Assembly: GCA_963777955.1 (NCBI GenBank)
Contig: CAVZSQ010000003.1
Coordinates: forward strand, 1-64,000
DNA: 64,000 nt
From: Calditrichia bacterium
Lineage (GTDB): Bacteria > Calditrichota > Calditrichia > JAJRVZ01
Direction of reading: 5' to 3'
Part shown: piece by piece, positions 7,772-19,786 of the stretch
Position numbering within the stretch: position 1 is the first letter of the stretch
Layout: every line of letters starts with the position of its first letter
Position numbers and translations under genes: made by a program
Notes under the pieces: generated by a model
What the model saw: only the letters and a program-made list of their open reading frames with translations
What the model was told of the DNA's origin: nothing
The model's database searches: none

Positions 7772-9767
7772 ATGAGAACAAAACCAATACTGTTATTGCT
7801 TTTGTTGAACATATTTGTGGCCTTTAATTCATTCGCCCAGGAAGTCCCCTTCGTCTATGATGTTGAGAACACGGGCGCGGATTGCCCGGCGCCGCCTTTG
7901 CCGGCTTTCGGCGATCTTCCGACCATTAATCCTCTGACCGACCCGTTCGACTGGTCCGATGGCAGCGGCCGCGATACCAGCCTCGCAGGCTGGCGCTGCC
8001 GGCGTGCCGAGATCGGCGTCGAGATCGAGCATTATGAGATCGGGGAAAAACCTGATCGTCCGGACAGCATAACAGCCAGCTACTCCGGAGGCACACTAAC
8101 AGTGAATATAACTGTGAATGGAAACACGCTCACGCTGACTTCGGAAGTTACCCTCCCGGCGGGGGACGGACCCTTCCCGGCAGTGATCGGAATGGGTGGT
8201 GGTACAGGCAGTCTCCCGGCTGACATCTTTACCAGTCGCAATATTGCACAAATTCCATTCAACTATGGGCAGGTAATGGCCTGGCAGCAAACCCGCGGCA
8301 GCGAACCGATCAACCTGCTTTACCCTGAACTTGCTTACATGGGCGCCTACAGTGCCTGGTCCTGGGGAGTCAGCCGCTTAATCGACGGCCTGGAACTGGT
8401 TTCAGCCGGATCTCCCCATAGATCTAAAGCACCTGGCGGTAACCGGTTGCTCCTTTGCCGGTAAAATGGCACTTTTTGCCGGGGCGTTTGACGAGCGTAT
8501 CGCGCTTACTATTGCTCAGGAGTCGGGTGGCGGCGGAGCCGCAGCCTGGCGCGTCTCGGAGACTCTGGGGGGCGTGGAAACCCTGGGTGCCACCAGTCAT
8601 CTCTGGTTTATCGAAGACCTTTTCCAGTTTTCCAGCGCGGTTCCGAAACTACCATACGATCATCATGAGTTAATGGCCATGGTGGCGCCCCGTGCGTTGT
8701 TATGTCTCGGAAACCCGGATATGGTATGGCTGGCCGATGAATCGGGCTACGTCTCCTGCCAGGCTGCACACGAAGTCTGGAAAACTTTCGGCGTACCCGA
8801 AAGGTTCGGCTTTTCTATTGTCGGGGGACATGGGCACTGTGCTCTCCCCGACGTCCAGAAACCAGAGGTGGAGGCCTTCGTGGATGCGTTCCTCCTTGGT
8901 GACACGACCGCGAATACGGATATCGCGACCAATCCGTACGATTACGTCGACTATTCCCGCTGGTACGAGTGGTGGGGAAGCGGAAATCCGGTTTTCCCGG
9001 ATCGAAATACCGGTGATAACCAGATAATATATTTTGAGCCCGAATGTGCAACGATCGGCAAAAATTGGAAAAAGAGCAAGTATGGCGGAGCTTCTAACGG
9101 ATACTATGTAGCAGTCAGATCTGATACAGAGAGCGTTGCCACAGCTCCTACCAATATCAATGATCAAATTAATATTACTTTTACATCCGCTAAAGATACA
9201 ACATATTACATTTTCGGGCGAATGAGTTGTCCAACCGCCAATGACGATTCATACTGGATAAAAATGGACGATGGATCGTTTGCGCTGGTTGATGGATTAG
9301 GTACAACCGGATGGAAATGGATGAGAATAACCAGTTATGTCCTGACTGCCGGTGAACACACCCTGACCGTTGCCTACTGCGAAAATGGAGCCCTGCTTGA
9401 TAAAATATGCATTTCAAGTTATGCCTATCGTCCGGAGTTAATGGGTGCAGAAGCCGAAAACATTTGTAATCCTGCGGGTATAATAAATTTAACGGAAGTG
9501 CCCGGTGGTTATGCCCTGGGACAGAATTATCCGAATCCATTTAATCCGTCTACAGAATTTTCATACAATTTGCCCGAAAAATGTTTTGTAACAATAAAAG
9601 TTTATGATGTTTTGGGCAGAGAGATCATGATTTTAGTTAATGAAGAAAAACCGGCAGGAACCTACAAAATTAATTTCAAGGCGGCAGGACTGGGGAGTGG
9701 TGTTTACTTCTACCAGTTGCAGACAGAAAATTTTCTGGAAAAAAAGAAAATGATATTAATTAAATAA
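7772..9767 (+). CDS. CE15 glucuronoyl esterase with CBM-like module and C-terminal sorting domain (frameshift near 8410)
   Basis: AWSWGVSRLIDGL, VTGCSFAGK nucleophile motif read at 8438-8464, QESGGGG, PYDHHEL; QNYPNPFNPST tail. Confidence 0.88.
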
Positions 9768-9816
9768 TTAGCTTAAACAAGAAGTTATTTTGCTGATCGT
9801 GGTCGTTTGACCGGTT

Positions 9817-10085
9817 GCCGCACACCATCGGCACTCGCACACGCTGCTGCTGTTGAACCGGATCAAGCCATTTAGAAATAGTTTACAGTTACATCAATAA
9901 ATATTATGTTTTAATTTCATCAGGGTTTGACGGTCGCCGCACACCATCGGCATCGCAAACGCCGCGGCGTGAACCGGATCAGCATTAGAAACTTAGCCGC
10001 ACACCATCGGCAGTCGCACACGCAGCTGCGGTTGAACCGGATCAAGCCATTTAGAAATAGTTTACAGTTACCCGAATAAATATTA
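9817..10085. repeat. Three imperfect direct repeats of about 55-90 bp
   Basis: GCCGCACACCATCGGCA...GAACCGGATC...TTAGAAA at 9817, 9936 and 9996. Confidence 0.85.
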
Positions 10086-10131
10086 AATGAATATTATATT
10101 TTTATTTTGAATACACCCTTACAGGAGATTT

Positions 10132-10329
10132 ATGATGTCAGAACAAAATTGTGAAAACTGTTCATTCAGGGCAAAATATGATAATGGTCCCAGGACGTTT
10201 CTGGGGAGATTATGGCGCTGGCATGCCAACTGGTGTCCGGGATGGAAAAGTTATATGAAATCGCTTAAACCTGAGGACAGGATAAATATCGCCAGGAAGT
10301 ATGATATGAAAAAATATCTTTTATCTTAA
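10132..10329 (+). CDS. Small Cys/Trp-containing hypothetical protein
   Basis: AGGAGA RBS; CxxC and WRWHANWCPGWK. Confidence 0.75.
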   Translation: MMSEQNCENCSFRAKYDNGPRTFLGRLWRWHANWCPGWKSYMKSLKPEDRINIARKYDMKKYLLS

Positions 10330-10418
10330 GATGGTTTAATTCTAATCCTGTATATATCTAAAGTAATAAAGTAGATACAAATCTGATCTAATCTAAGATC
10401 TTTTAAATAAGGAATTAT

Positions 10419-11329
10419 ATGCGCCAACAACCACGGGGATTACTAATTTTAGTCTATAATTAATTTTATAATTGCTATAATTATTTTTATTGGTCTTTTC
10501 ATTATGTATAAGGAGCAACCAAGTGAAAGATCTATACTGACCGGCATGATCTTGAGTATTCTATTATACTTTAATGGAATTGGTTTATTGACCAGGCATT
10601 ATGGACTGGGATTCATTTTAGGCAATATATTGGGTATAATCTGGATTATTGGGTTCCTCTACTATTTTTCTGGTATCTCCAGACTTCTATCTAACATAAC
10701 CTACCCATTAATCTTGCTGATATTTATTAATACAAAGTACAAAGGTATATTTAAAAATTATTCATTATTAAAATCAGAAATGAATATATCAAGGTATTCG
10801 CTTATTTTAATATCTATAGTATTTTTATCTACACATTTTTCCCTTTTATATGCACAGTTACAAAATAATCCAGAATTATTTGCTACTATTCGGTATAAAC
10901 ATATAGGTGATTGGAAAGTAGATGAGACACTCTATGAATTTGATGCAGAGGGGCCTTTTGATCTAAATGGTTCATCAGCTTATTTACACAAAATATTAAT
11001 TAGAAATAATCTGGACAGAATCATGGTATATTGGAACAATGATACAACTCACTGGCAAATGGCTTCTGTCGATACAATATTAAAATATAAACCGAGCTGA
11101 TACTTTCTTAAAATATGATACTTCTGTAGTAAAAATAATTGATTCAATTATCGTGCCATTAAAGGAAGGAACTACTATTTTTATTTACAAAAGTCCACAT
11201 GGTATCGATACTACAAATATAATAGTGAAAAGGAAAAACGATAAATTCATGTTCTCAAAAATTGATACACTTGATATATTTGTTGGATCAATAACAACAA
11301 CTGATAAATATATTATTTTAAAAAAGTAG
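10419..11329 (+). CDS. AT-rich hypothetical coding region, probably a membrane protein plus a secreted protein joined by frameshifts
   Basis: ORF 10504-11100 contains an internal second signal peptide (MNISRYSLILISIVFLS); open frames flank it. Confidence 0.4.
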
Positions 11330-11573
11330 GATTTGGATTTAAATATATTCATTTATAGCGATTAAAGTTTGATTCATGTCCAAGTAATCAGTATAAATCT
11401 ATATATTATAGAAAGTAGATTACCGGGCAAGAATCAATGACCGTGTAAAAAGATATTTGCCAAGATTCACAATTTTATTAACTGAAATGGAAAAGTAATA
11501 TGAATTATGCAGGATTTGAAAAACGATAACTACAATTATTTTATCAGATTAAACAAGTATAGGAGAAACATAC

Positions 11574-12551
11574 GTGAAAGCAGTTGTGTACACTAAATAC
11601 GGACCGCCGGATGTTCTGCAACTCACAGAGGTCCCGAAGCCAATTCCCCGGGACAATGAAGTGCTGATTAAAGTACAGGCGGCGTCCCTGAATGCAGCTG
11701 ATTGGCGTTTGCTGAGAGCTAAACCGTTCTTTATCCGCCTGATGGGCCTGGGCCTGCTACAGCCGAAAAACAGGATACTTGGAGCCGATGTGGCGGGACG
11801 AGTTGAAGCAATTGGCAGAGACGTCAGGCAATTTAAGCCGGGTGATGAAGTCTTCGGGGATATTTTCGGGTCTGGTTCGGGCAGTCTGGCCGAATATGTC
11901 TGTGCGCCTGAAAATGTCCTGGTGTCGAAACCAGCCAGGATATCATTCGAAGCAGCTGCGGCCGTACCACTGGCCGGCGTTACCGCATTGCAGGGTTTGC
12001 GTGATAAAGGCAGGATTCAGCCGGGGCAGAGGGTTTTGGTCAATGGCGCCTCAGGTGGTGTGGGGACTTTTGCTGTGCAGATTGCCAAGTCGTTTGGGGC
12101 CGAAGTCACCGCCGTTTGCAGCACAGGGAAAATAGACATGGTGCGCTCGCTTGGTGCAGATTACATCATCGATTATACCCGGGAAGATTTTACTAGGAAC
12201 GGACAGAGCTATGACCTGATTTTTGCCGCGAACGGATTTCATCCGATTTCAGATTATAAACGAGCCTTAAGTCCAAAGGGCATATATGTCATGGCCGGGG
12301 GTTCCATGGCCCAGATGTTCCAGGCCCTGCTCCTGGGTCCATTAATTTCAATGACCGGCAGTAAGCAAATGTATGGTGTGTCCGCCAAAGCAAATCAGAA
12401 AGATTTACTATTTCTGAAAGAACTTCTCGAAACCGGTAAAATAGTACCGGTTATAGATAGACGTTTCCCCTTAAGTGAAGTTCCGGACGCATTCCGGTAT
12501 CTTGAAGCAGGACACGCTAAAGGGAAAGTAGTAATAACTATGGATCATTAG
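11574..12551 (+). CDS. NAD(P)-dependent MDR family oxidoreductase (quinone oxidoreductase-like)
   Basis: YGPPDVL, GADVAGRV, NGASGGVG, GHAKGKVVI. Confidence 0.92.
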   Translation: MKAVVYTKYGPPDVLQLTEVPKPIPRDNEVLIKVQAASLNAADWRLLRAKPFFIRLMGLGLLQPKNRILGADVAGRVEAIGRDVRQFKPGDEVFGDIFGSGSGSLAEYVCAPENVLVSKPARISFEAAAAVPLAGVTALQGLRDKGRIQPGQRVLVNGASGGVGTFAVQIAKSFGAEVTAVCSTGKIDMVRSLGADYIIDYTREDFTRNGQSYDLIFAANGFHPISDYKRALSPKGIYVMAGGSMAQMFQALLLGPLISMTGSKQMYGVSAKANQKDLLFLKELLETGKIVPVIDRRFPLSEVPDAFRYLEAGHAKGKVVITMDH

Positions 12552-12559
12552 AAGAAAAA

Positions 12560-12946
12560 ATGGCCATTAAAATCGTCAGACTGGGCAGCCCCAGGGAAGC
12601 AGGCGAAGGACTGCGCATCGGTACGGTTAGGCGTCCTCCCCGGGGAGTTCGCAAGGAAGATTACTCTGCGAAGAATTTTTATGATGTCTGGTTTCCCAAT
12701 CTTGCCCCCAGCGAGTCTTTGTTGAAGGAGGCAAAAGCAGCGAATGATGAAAAAGCGTGGAATCTTTTCAAACGAAAATTCCTGGCCGAATTGAAATCAC
12801 CGCTGGCCAGTAAAGATTTGGATTTACTGGCTGCACTTTCGCATCAAACAAATCTGTCAATAGGCTGTTATTGCCAGAATGAGAGCCGTTGCCACCGTTC
12901 AATTCTGAGGGAACTTCTCGTTCAAAGAGGGGCCGACGTCAGGTAA
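12560..12946 (+). CDS. DUF488 family protein
   Basis: RIGTVRRPPRGV, WFPNLAPS, CYC...CHRS. Confidence 0.85.
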   Translation: MAIKIVRLGSPREAGEGLRIGTVRRPPRGVRKEDYSAKNFYDVWFPNLAPSESLLKEAKAANDEKAWNLFKRKFLAELKSPLASKDLDLLAALSHQTNLSIGCYCQNESRCHRSILRELLVQRGADVR

Positions 12947-13046
12947 TGAAATGACTCGACCGGACCAGGAGGATTATTCCTTTTCTGGTGTAGTGCACGG
13001 CGGATTTAATAAACAGTGATCAGCAGTGATTGAATTGGGAAACCGA

Positions 13047-13923
13047 ATGGAAAATCTTAATAAAAGTACCGGCATCCTGGCCATGGCGGCCACGGCGTTT
13101 CTCTGGAGCATTGCCGGATTATTTATAAAAGTAATCGATTGGAATCCCATTGCCATAGCCGGTGTGCGCAGCCTGATCGCATCAATAGTTATTCTCTGCT
13201 ATTTAAAGCATCCCCAGGATTCATTTTTCATTTCCGCAGATTGCGGCGGCGATAGCCAATGCTGCAACCATGCTGCTGTTTGTCTCGGCCAATAAAACTA
13301 CTACTGCCGCCAATGCGATTCTGCTTCAATATTTTGCACCGGTTTTGACTGTTTTTATCGGTGCTATCTTACTTAAGGAGCGCACCCGTGTTGAACATTT
13401 CGCAGCATTACCTCTGGTAACAGCAGGTATAATTATTATGTTTTTTGATAAACTGGCAGGCGGGAAATTACTGGGCAATGTCCTGGCAATCATGTCGGCC
13501 ATAACTTTCAGTTTTTATATTGTGTTCATGCGTATGCAAAAAGACGGTTCACCGCTGGAATCGATTCTGTTGTCTCATTGGTTCACTGCCGGGATCTGTC
13601 TGATTATATCATTTTTCCTGCCACTGCCGCAGATAACCTCAAAAGCGCTGGCGACCATTGCCGTGTTAGGGATTGTGCAAATCGGTATATCGGCGATTTT
13701 ATTTTCTATTGCGATTAAACGCATTTCTGCAGTTCAGGCTAATCTCATCGCAGTCATCGAACCGGTTTTTAATCCCCTGTGGGTGTTCCTGGTGATAGGA
13801 GAAGTTCCGGGTATCAATGCCCTTATAGGCGGCGGAATCATTATTCTGGCGGTGACAGTTTCTTCCATTATCAGCGCACATCGGATAGAAGAAGTTGCCA
13901 GTTCTGACAATTTATTGAGGTAA
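13047..13923 (+). CDS. EamA/DMT family transporter (frameshift near 13215)
   Basis: Ten hydrophobic segments; ANKTTTAANAILLQY and IEPVFNPLW. Confidence 0.88.
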
Positions 13924-13929
13924 ATAAAT

Positions 13930-15080
13930 ATGAAGAGATTTTTGATAGTTTTGCTCCTTGGTTTATTGTTCTGTCTTTAATTCATGCCGTGAATCCGCCG
14001 ACAGTAACGACGAAATTCAACAGCCGCCGCCAACTGTCCACGACTCCTCCTTAGCAACTGTGCTCGACTCGATGCGTTATGCCTATAAACTCCCAGCACT
14101 GGCCGGCGCTATTGTCTCCGATACAAGTGTTCTTGACGCGCAGGCAGTCGGCTGCCGGCGCTATGGCGGTCTGGCGAATGTAACGAATAACGATCAATTC
14201 CATCTCGGCTCGGATACAAAGGCCATCACCGCTGTGCTTATCGGACTTCTGGTTGACGAAGGTCTTTTAACCTGGGATTCCACATTACCGTCTTTGTTTC
14301 CCGAATATGCGCAGACGATGCGGACCGAGTATCGTTCGGTCACGGTGCGCGACATCCTTTCCCACAGCGCGGGGTTCGTAACCGATCCGACCCTGACGCT
14401 GACAGAAACAACGTTGACCGAACAGCGCCAGGAAGTTGTTGCCTGGGCGGTTACACAAACCCCGACGAACGCCATAGGAACGTATAACTATAGCAACACC
14501 GGTTACATCATCGCGGGTGCAATTGCGGATAAATTAACCGGGCGTGCTTATGAAGATCTGCTGTTCGAAAAAGTTCTGCAGCCACTCGGGATAACCACTG
14601 CCGGATTCGGTCCCATGGGCACGGCCGGACTCGAGGATCAACCTCTCCAGCATACATCTTCTTATAAACCTCTCGAACCGGGACCGAATGCTGATAATCC
14701 GCCTATTTATAATTCGGCGGGAAGACTGCATATGTCTATCGGCGACTGGGGCCGGTACATCCAGTGGGTACTGGCCTGTGAAGCGGGCCAGCCCACCTTG
14801 CTGCGCGCAGAAACCGCACAGATGCTGACTACGGGTGAAGTTCCGATGGATGGCGAGGGTTCGTACGCCTTCGGTTGGGCGGTCCTGGATCGGCCGTGGG
14901 CTAACGGCAGGGCGCTTACGCATTCGGGGAGCAATACATTTAACTTCGCCGTGGCCTGGCTCGCGCCGAACCGGAAGTTTGGCGTGATTGCTGCTACCAA
15001 TATCTGTGCCAACACCACACCGGCCTGCAATGGATGCGGTCGTCTGGCGGCTGATTTGTTTCCATTTGAATGGACAATAA
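13930..15080 (+). CDS. Beta-lactamase-family serine hydrolase (frameshifts near both ends)
   Basis: SDTK (SxxK), YSN, HSGS motifs. Confidence 0.85.
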
Positions 15081-15198
15081 TGCGAAACCCAGAACAGGTA
15101 CCTGAACCGTACAACCAGTATCATCCAAAGTGCCATGAAAAATTGAGAGAATAAAATAATTATTGGGCGAATACAAAAGCTGTGAAGGAGATAAGATT

Positions 15199-15468
15199 AT
15201 GAAGATAGCCTTGATCATTGTGCGAAGTTTAATGGGGCTTTTATTCCTGTTTTCAGCGATTGCCTTTCTGTCGGGCAGGTTTGTTCCCCTGGCGGCTGTG
15301 TTGATTTCTCCCATTATAGTAAATATTTTTTTTGTACATGCTTTTCTTGGTCCGGAAGGTTTACCGGTGGCGATATTTTTAGTGCTGGCAAACTCGTTTG
15401 TAATTTATTACCACCGGGAAAGTTACAAGCCGTTATTAAAGATTTATGATTCAGCAGCATTAATTTGA
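15199..15468 (+). CDS. DoxX-like membrane protein, apparently internally shortened
   Basis: IVRSLMGLLFLF and GRFVPLA...PIIVNIFFVHAFL; AAGGAG RBS. Confidence 0.65.
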   Translation: MKIALIIVRSLMGLLFLFSAIAFLSGRFVPLAAVLISPIIVNIFFVHAFLGPEGLPVAIFLVLANSFVIYYHRESYKPLLKIYDSAALI

Positions 15469-15501
15469 AATCATTATATTAATCATACTGAAGGGGAAAA
15501 A

Positions 15502-15904
15502 ATGTTATATTATCTCAAACTTTACCTGGTAACGCTCGTTGCTTTCTTTGCCATTGATATGGTCTGGCTTGGCCTGGTGGCACGTTCGTTTTATCGAAGA
15601 CATCTTGGCTTTCTTCTGGCTCCTAATCCCAACTGGCTGGCGGCAATAATTTTTTATCTATTATTTATTTTGGGAATCTTGTTGTTTGTGGTTCTACCCG
15701 GATTAAAAGGCAACTCGCTTAGGACAACCTTGCTGTACGCGGCTCTGTTCGGACTCATCACCTATGCTACGTATGATCTGACGAATCTGGCCACTGTTAA
15801 AAACTGGCCGGTACTGGTCACCGTGGTGGATCTGATCTGGGGAACGGTCTTGAGCGTAGCGGTCAGACTGGGTTGGTTTTATGGCAGGCAAGTGGCTGAG
15901 TTAG
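15502..15904 (+). CDS. DUF2177 family membrane protein (3' frameshift)
   Basis: IDMVWLG, YATYDLTNLAT, VDLIWG. Confidence 0.88.
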
Positions 15905-15937
15905 GGCAGCATTGTGGATCTGAAAACCAGGGGGGAT

Positions 15938-17724
15938 ATGCAAATCAGGTATCTTGACAGTAATCGGTTATACTACGCTTTTTTAGCCGGGGGGAGCAGC
16001 CGTTATCAGCAATCAGAATTATTTGAATAAAATCAATGTGTTTCCGGTAGCCGATGCCGATACAGGTACCAATATGGCTTCGACCATGCGTTCTATCGTG
16101 GAAGGTACACCGAATTTATCCCTCGGTAAAAGATACGTTCCGCTCCATCGCTGATGCCGCTTTAATGGGCGCCAGAGGCAACTCCGGCGTTATTTTCGCC
16201 CAGTTTATTCATGGTTTGAGCACGGAAATTCAGCATGAAAAACGTATTATGGCTGAAGGTCTCGCTTATTGCTTAAATAAAGCGGTCAGGTTATGCGTAT
16301 GAATCTATTTTAGAGCCTGTGGAAGGAACCATGCTGACGGTAATGAAAGATTGGGCGCATGCAATTAAGAAATACGCCGAAAAAAACAATGATATTGTGG
16401 AAGTTTTGCATCAATCTTTCATCACCGCCCAAAAATCCTTAGCTGAGACACCTCAAAAACTTAAAGATCCTGGCTGAGTCCGGGGTTGTCGATGCCGGAG
16501 CAAAAGGCTTCGTTGATTTCCTGGAAGGAATTATTAAATGTATCTCCCATGGGAAATTAAAGGATCATTTCAAAAGCAACCCTGACCTGGTTTGATTCAG
16601 AAATTCATCCGACAGGAAATTCAAAGGAGATTAAATATGGATATTGTTCCGAAGCAATCATCACCGGCAGCAAGCTGGACGCGAAAGATTTCCAAAGACA
16701 ATTTTCTGCCTATGGTGACTCTATAGTCGTAGCGGGTTCTAAAGAAAAACTCCACCTGCATATTCATACCAACCAGCCGGCAGAACTCTTTTATGACATT
16801 AAAGATTACGGCGACATTGCTCAGATCAAAGTTGATGATATGAAGAAGCAATATGAGGTAAGCCGAGACCCGGAAATATCCCGTCGCTCTGGTAACCGAT
16901 TCCGCCTGCGATATTCCCGAAGAAATGATTAAAAAATATCAGATTCATATCCTGCCCTTTCAGGTGTCCTTTGGGAACAACCTGTTTCTGGATAAACTCG
17001 ACGCATGACTTCCGAGCAATTTTACCAGATGCTCAAAACTGATAAAAGCCATCCTAAAAGTGCACAACCAGGTTATAAAAACATCCAGAACTTGTTTGCT
17101 TTTCTAAGCAGTCATTACGAATCAATAATCGCTGTACATATTTCCGATAAACTCAGCGGAGTCTTTCAGCAAAGTTTGATAGCGGGGAATAGAATAAAAA
17201 ACAAACCCATCACGGTTATCAATTCCCGTCATCTTTCTGTTTCCGAGGGTCTGCTGGTCATGCGTATCGCCCAGGCCATCGAGGCCGGTTTAATTCACGA
17301 TGCAATCATATTAAAATCTGGTGAATGGATCGATAAAATCAAAATATATGTGGATGTCAATTCGTTAAAGTATATGGTACGCGGCGGCAGGGTAAGTCAT
17401 CTGAAAGGTTTAGTCGCTAAATTATTAAATTTAAAACCCATTGTAAGTCTGGATTCTGAGGGGAAAAGTATCGCCTTCGGCAAATCTTTCAGTCGGAAGG
17501 GGAATATGAAAAAAATCATCAATATAATTTCTGATATGAAAGACAAAGGTGAAATATGGAATTATGCAATTGTTCACTCCCAGGTACCGGAAAGGGCTGC
17601 TGTCTATGCAGAAAAATTGACCCGGATTCTTGATCTGCAGCCCGCGTACATTATGGACATATCACCTGTTGTCGGTGTCCACAACGGTATCGGCGCAGTG
17701 GGCATAGCTGTGATGTATCAATAA
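15938..17724 (+). CDS. DAK2-DegV fusion (fatty acid kinase FakA/FakB-like), several frameshifts
   Basis: LNKINVFPVADADTGTN, GARGNSGVI, VVDAGAKGF in the DAK2 part; VTDSACD, LSGV, RGGR, VGVHNG in the DegV part. Confidence 0.85.
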
Positions 17725-17736
17725 GCAGGAGTAAAT

Positions 17737-18588
17737 ATGTTTATAGCAATTTTATACTCCGCACTAACAATATTGATCTATATGCTCGGTTGGTTTATTG
17801 CCGCCCTGCTCAAAAAAGATAATAGTATTGTGGATATTGCCTGGGGACTGGGTTTTGTAGTGATTGCGGCTGTAAATCTCCTCATGATTGAGACATGGTC
17901 CGGACGGCAGTTGCTCATAACGGTTTTAATTGTTATCTGGGCCTTCCGGCTGGCCGGGCACATCATCGTCCGCAACCGGGGCCGGGGAGAGGATTTTCGC
18001 TATGCAAAATGGCGTGAAGAATGGGGCAAGAACGTAATCATAAAAACATTTATTAATGTTTTTATGATACAGGGACTTTTTATGTTGATCATTGCTTATC
18101 CGATCATTCTGGTAAACTTTACGGCACAAAAAGAATTGAATTTTTTAGATTTATTGGGATTAGCAGTCTGGTTAACAGGCTTTTTCTTTGAAGCCGTGGG
18201 GGATTATCAATTATTTAAGTTCAAAAAGGACCGCTCCAATAAAGGGAGGATCATGACTTCAGGATTGTGGAAATATACGCGCCATCCCAACTACTTTGGG
18301 GAAGCAGCCAGCTGGTGGGGTATTTTTCTGATTGCTCTATCGGCACCCTATGGCTTGACGGCCATTATCAGTCCCATGGTCATAACATTTTTATTGTTAA
18401 AAGTTTCCGGAGTACCCCTGCTGGAGCAGAAATATAAAAATAATCCTGAATTTATGGAATATGCCGGAAAGACCAGCGGCTTTTATTCCCTGGTTTCCTC
18501 ATTCGTAAGGTGTTATATTTTTGTCGCAGACATAACCCGTTCGATAGAGCAGGACAGGGTGAATAATTTTTCGAGACTATGGGAGTAA
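17737..18588 (+). CDS. DUF1295 family protein (steroid 5-alpha-reductase-like); 3' end probably frameshifted
   Basis: [27 protein letters not shown]. Confidence 0.9.
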   Translation: MFIAILYSALTILIYMLGWFIAALLKKDNSIVDIAWGLGFVVIAAVNLLMIETWSGRQLLITVLIVIWAFRLAGHIIVRNRGRGEDFRYAKWREEWGKNVIIKTFINVFMIQGLFMLIIAYPIILVNFTAQKELNFLDLLGLAVWLTGFFFEAVGDYQLFKFKKDRSNKGRIMTSGLWKYTRHPNYFGEAASWWGIFLIALSAPYGLTAIISPMVITFLLLKVSGVPLLEQKYKNNPEFMEYAGKTSGFYSLVSSFVRCYIFVADITRSIEQDRVNNFSRLWE

Positions 18589-18595
18589 AATTGAG

Positions 18596-19108
18596 ATGAA
18601 AAAATTATCAGTGCTATGGGTAGTCATCATGATGGGTTGTGCGGGAATCCCTGAAAACGTTAAACCTGTCGATAATTTCAAATTGGAGAGATACCTGGGC
18701 AAGTGGTATGAAATTGCCAGGATGGATCATTCCTTTGAACGGGGTTTGACTAAAGTAACCGCAGATTACAGTCTGCGGGATGACGGCGGGGTTCGGGTCT
18801 TGAACCGCGGCTATTCTGTTGAAGATAGTTCGTGGCAAGAGACTGAAGGGAAGGCATATTTTGTTAAAGAACCGGATCAGGGTTTTCTGAAGGTTTCCTT
18901 CTTCGGTCCTTTTTATGGTTCGTATATCGTTTTTGAACTTGACCACGAGAAGTATCAGTATGCACTTGTTTGCGGTCCTAAAAAATCCTATCTATGGATT
19001 CTGGCCAGAGAACCGCAATTAAAAGACGATATAAAAGACATGCTCATTGCCAAAGCAGCAGCAGCGGGTTTTGACACGGGCAAACTTCTCTTTGTCAGAC
19101 ACGACTAA
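18596..19108 (+). CDS. blc: Outer membrane lipocalin
   Basis: Lipoprotein signal; RYLGKWYEIAR, LKVSFFGPFYG, YLWILAR. Confidence 0.92.
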   Translation: MKKLSVLWVVIMMGCAGIPENVKPVDNFKLERYLGKWYEIARMDHSFERGLTKVTADYSLRDDGGVRVLNRGYSVEDSSWQETEGKAYFVKEPDQGFLKVSFFGPFYGSYIVFELDHEKYQYALVCGPKKSYLWILAREPQLKDDIKDMLIAKAAAAGFDTGKLLFVRHD

Positions 19109-19144
19109 TCATTTAATCTTCACGCTTTAGCTGCAGAATCTGCC

Positions 19145-19753
19145 ATGGCATCAGGAATTATTAAATTGATCCATAAACTCATCACCTTTTTCACTCCTCC
19201 TGAAAATTGGCAGATACCTGTCATTATGCTCCTGGGGATCCTGGGAGGCCTGGCCCTGCTGGTTCTGCGCCTTTCCAATGCGGCATCGTATCTCTCCGAC
19301 AATCCCCGCACCTGTGTCAACTGCCACGTGATGGCTCCTGAGTACGCCACCTGGCAGCACAGCAGTCACACGCGGGTGGCCACCTGCAACGACTGCCATG
19401 TACCGCAGGATAACCTCTTGAGCAAGTACGCTTTCAAAGCCACTGACGGGATGCGGCATTCCTATGTGTTCACCTTCCGCCTGGAACCGCAGGTCATTCA
19501 GATCAAGCCGGCGGGAAAATCTGCCGTACAGGAGAACTGCATCCGCTGCCACATGGCCCTGCTTGATCGCGTTACCATCCGGAACATATCGCTGAAAGAT
19601 TTTCGTGACGGTCAGGGGCATCTGTGCTGGGACTGTCACCGCGAGACACCTCATGGCCGGGTACACAGCCTGGCTTCGGCACCGTACGCGCGGGTACCGC
19701 GTCTGACCCCGGCCATGCCGGAATGGATCGCAAAATATATTAAACGGCGTTGA
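19145..19753 (+). CDS. nrfH: Cytochrome c nitrite reductase small subunit
   Basis: N-terminal anchor and four CxxCH motifs; upstream of nrfA. Confidence 0.95.
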   Translation: MASGIIKLIHKLITFFTPPENWQIPVIMLLGILGGLALLVLRLSNAASYLSDNPRTCVNCHVMAPEYATWQHSSHTRVATCNDCHVPQDNLLSKYAFKATDGMRHSYVFTFRLEPQVIQIKPAGKSAVQENCIRCHMALLDRVTIRNISLKDFRDGQGHLCWDCHRETPHGRVHSLASAPYARVPRLTPAMPEWIAKYIKRR

Positions 19754-19786
19754 TCATAACATCGCTCATATGTACAGGAGAAAATA

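Noticed and set aside
9817..10085. CRISPR array
   Set aside because: Repeats are too long and irregular, there are no unique equal-length spacers and no cas genes
18528..18590. attC-like site before the lipocalin gene (ACATAAC...GCAGGAC)
   Set aside because: No complementary right arm or GTTRRRY core; too weak to call
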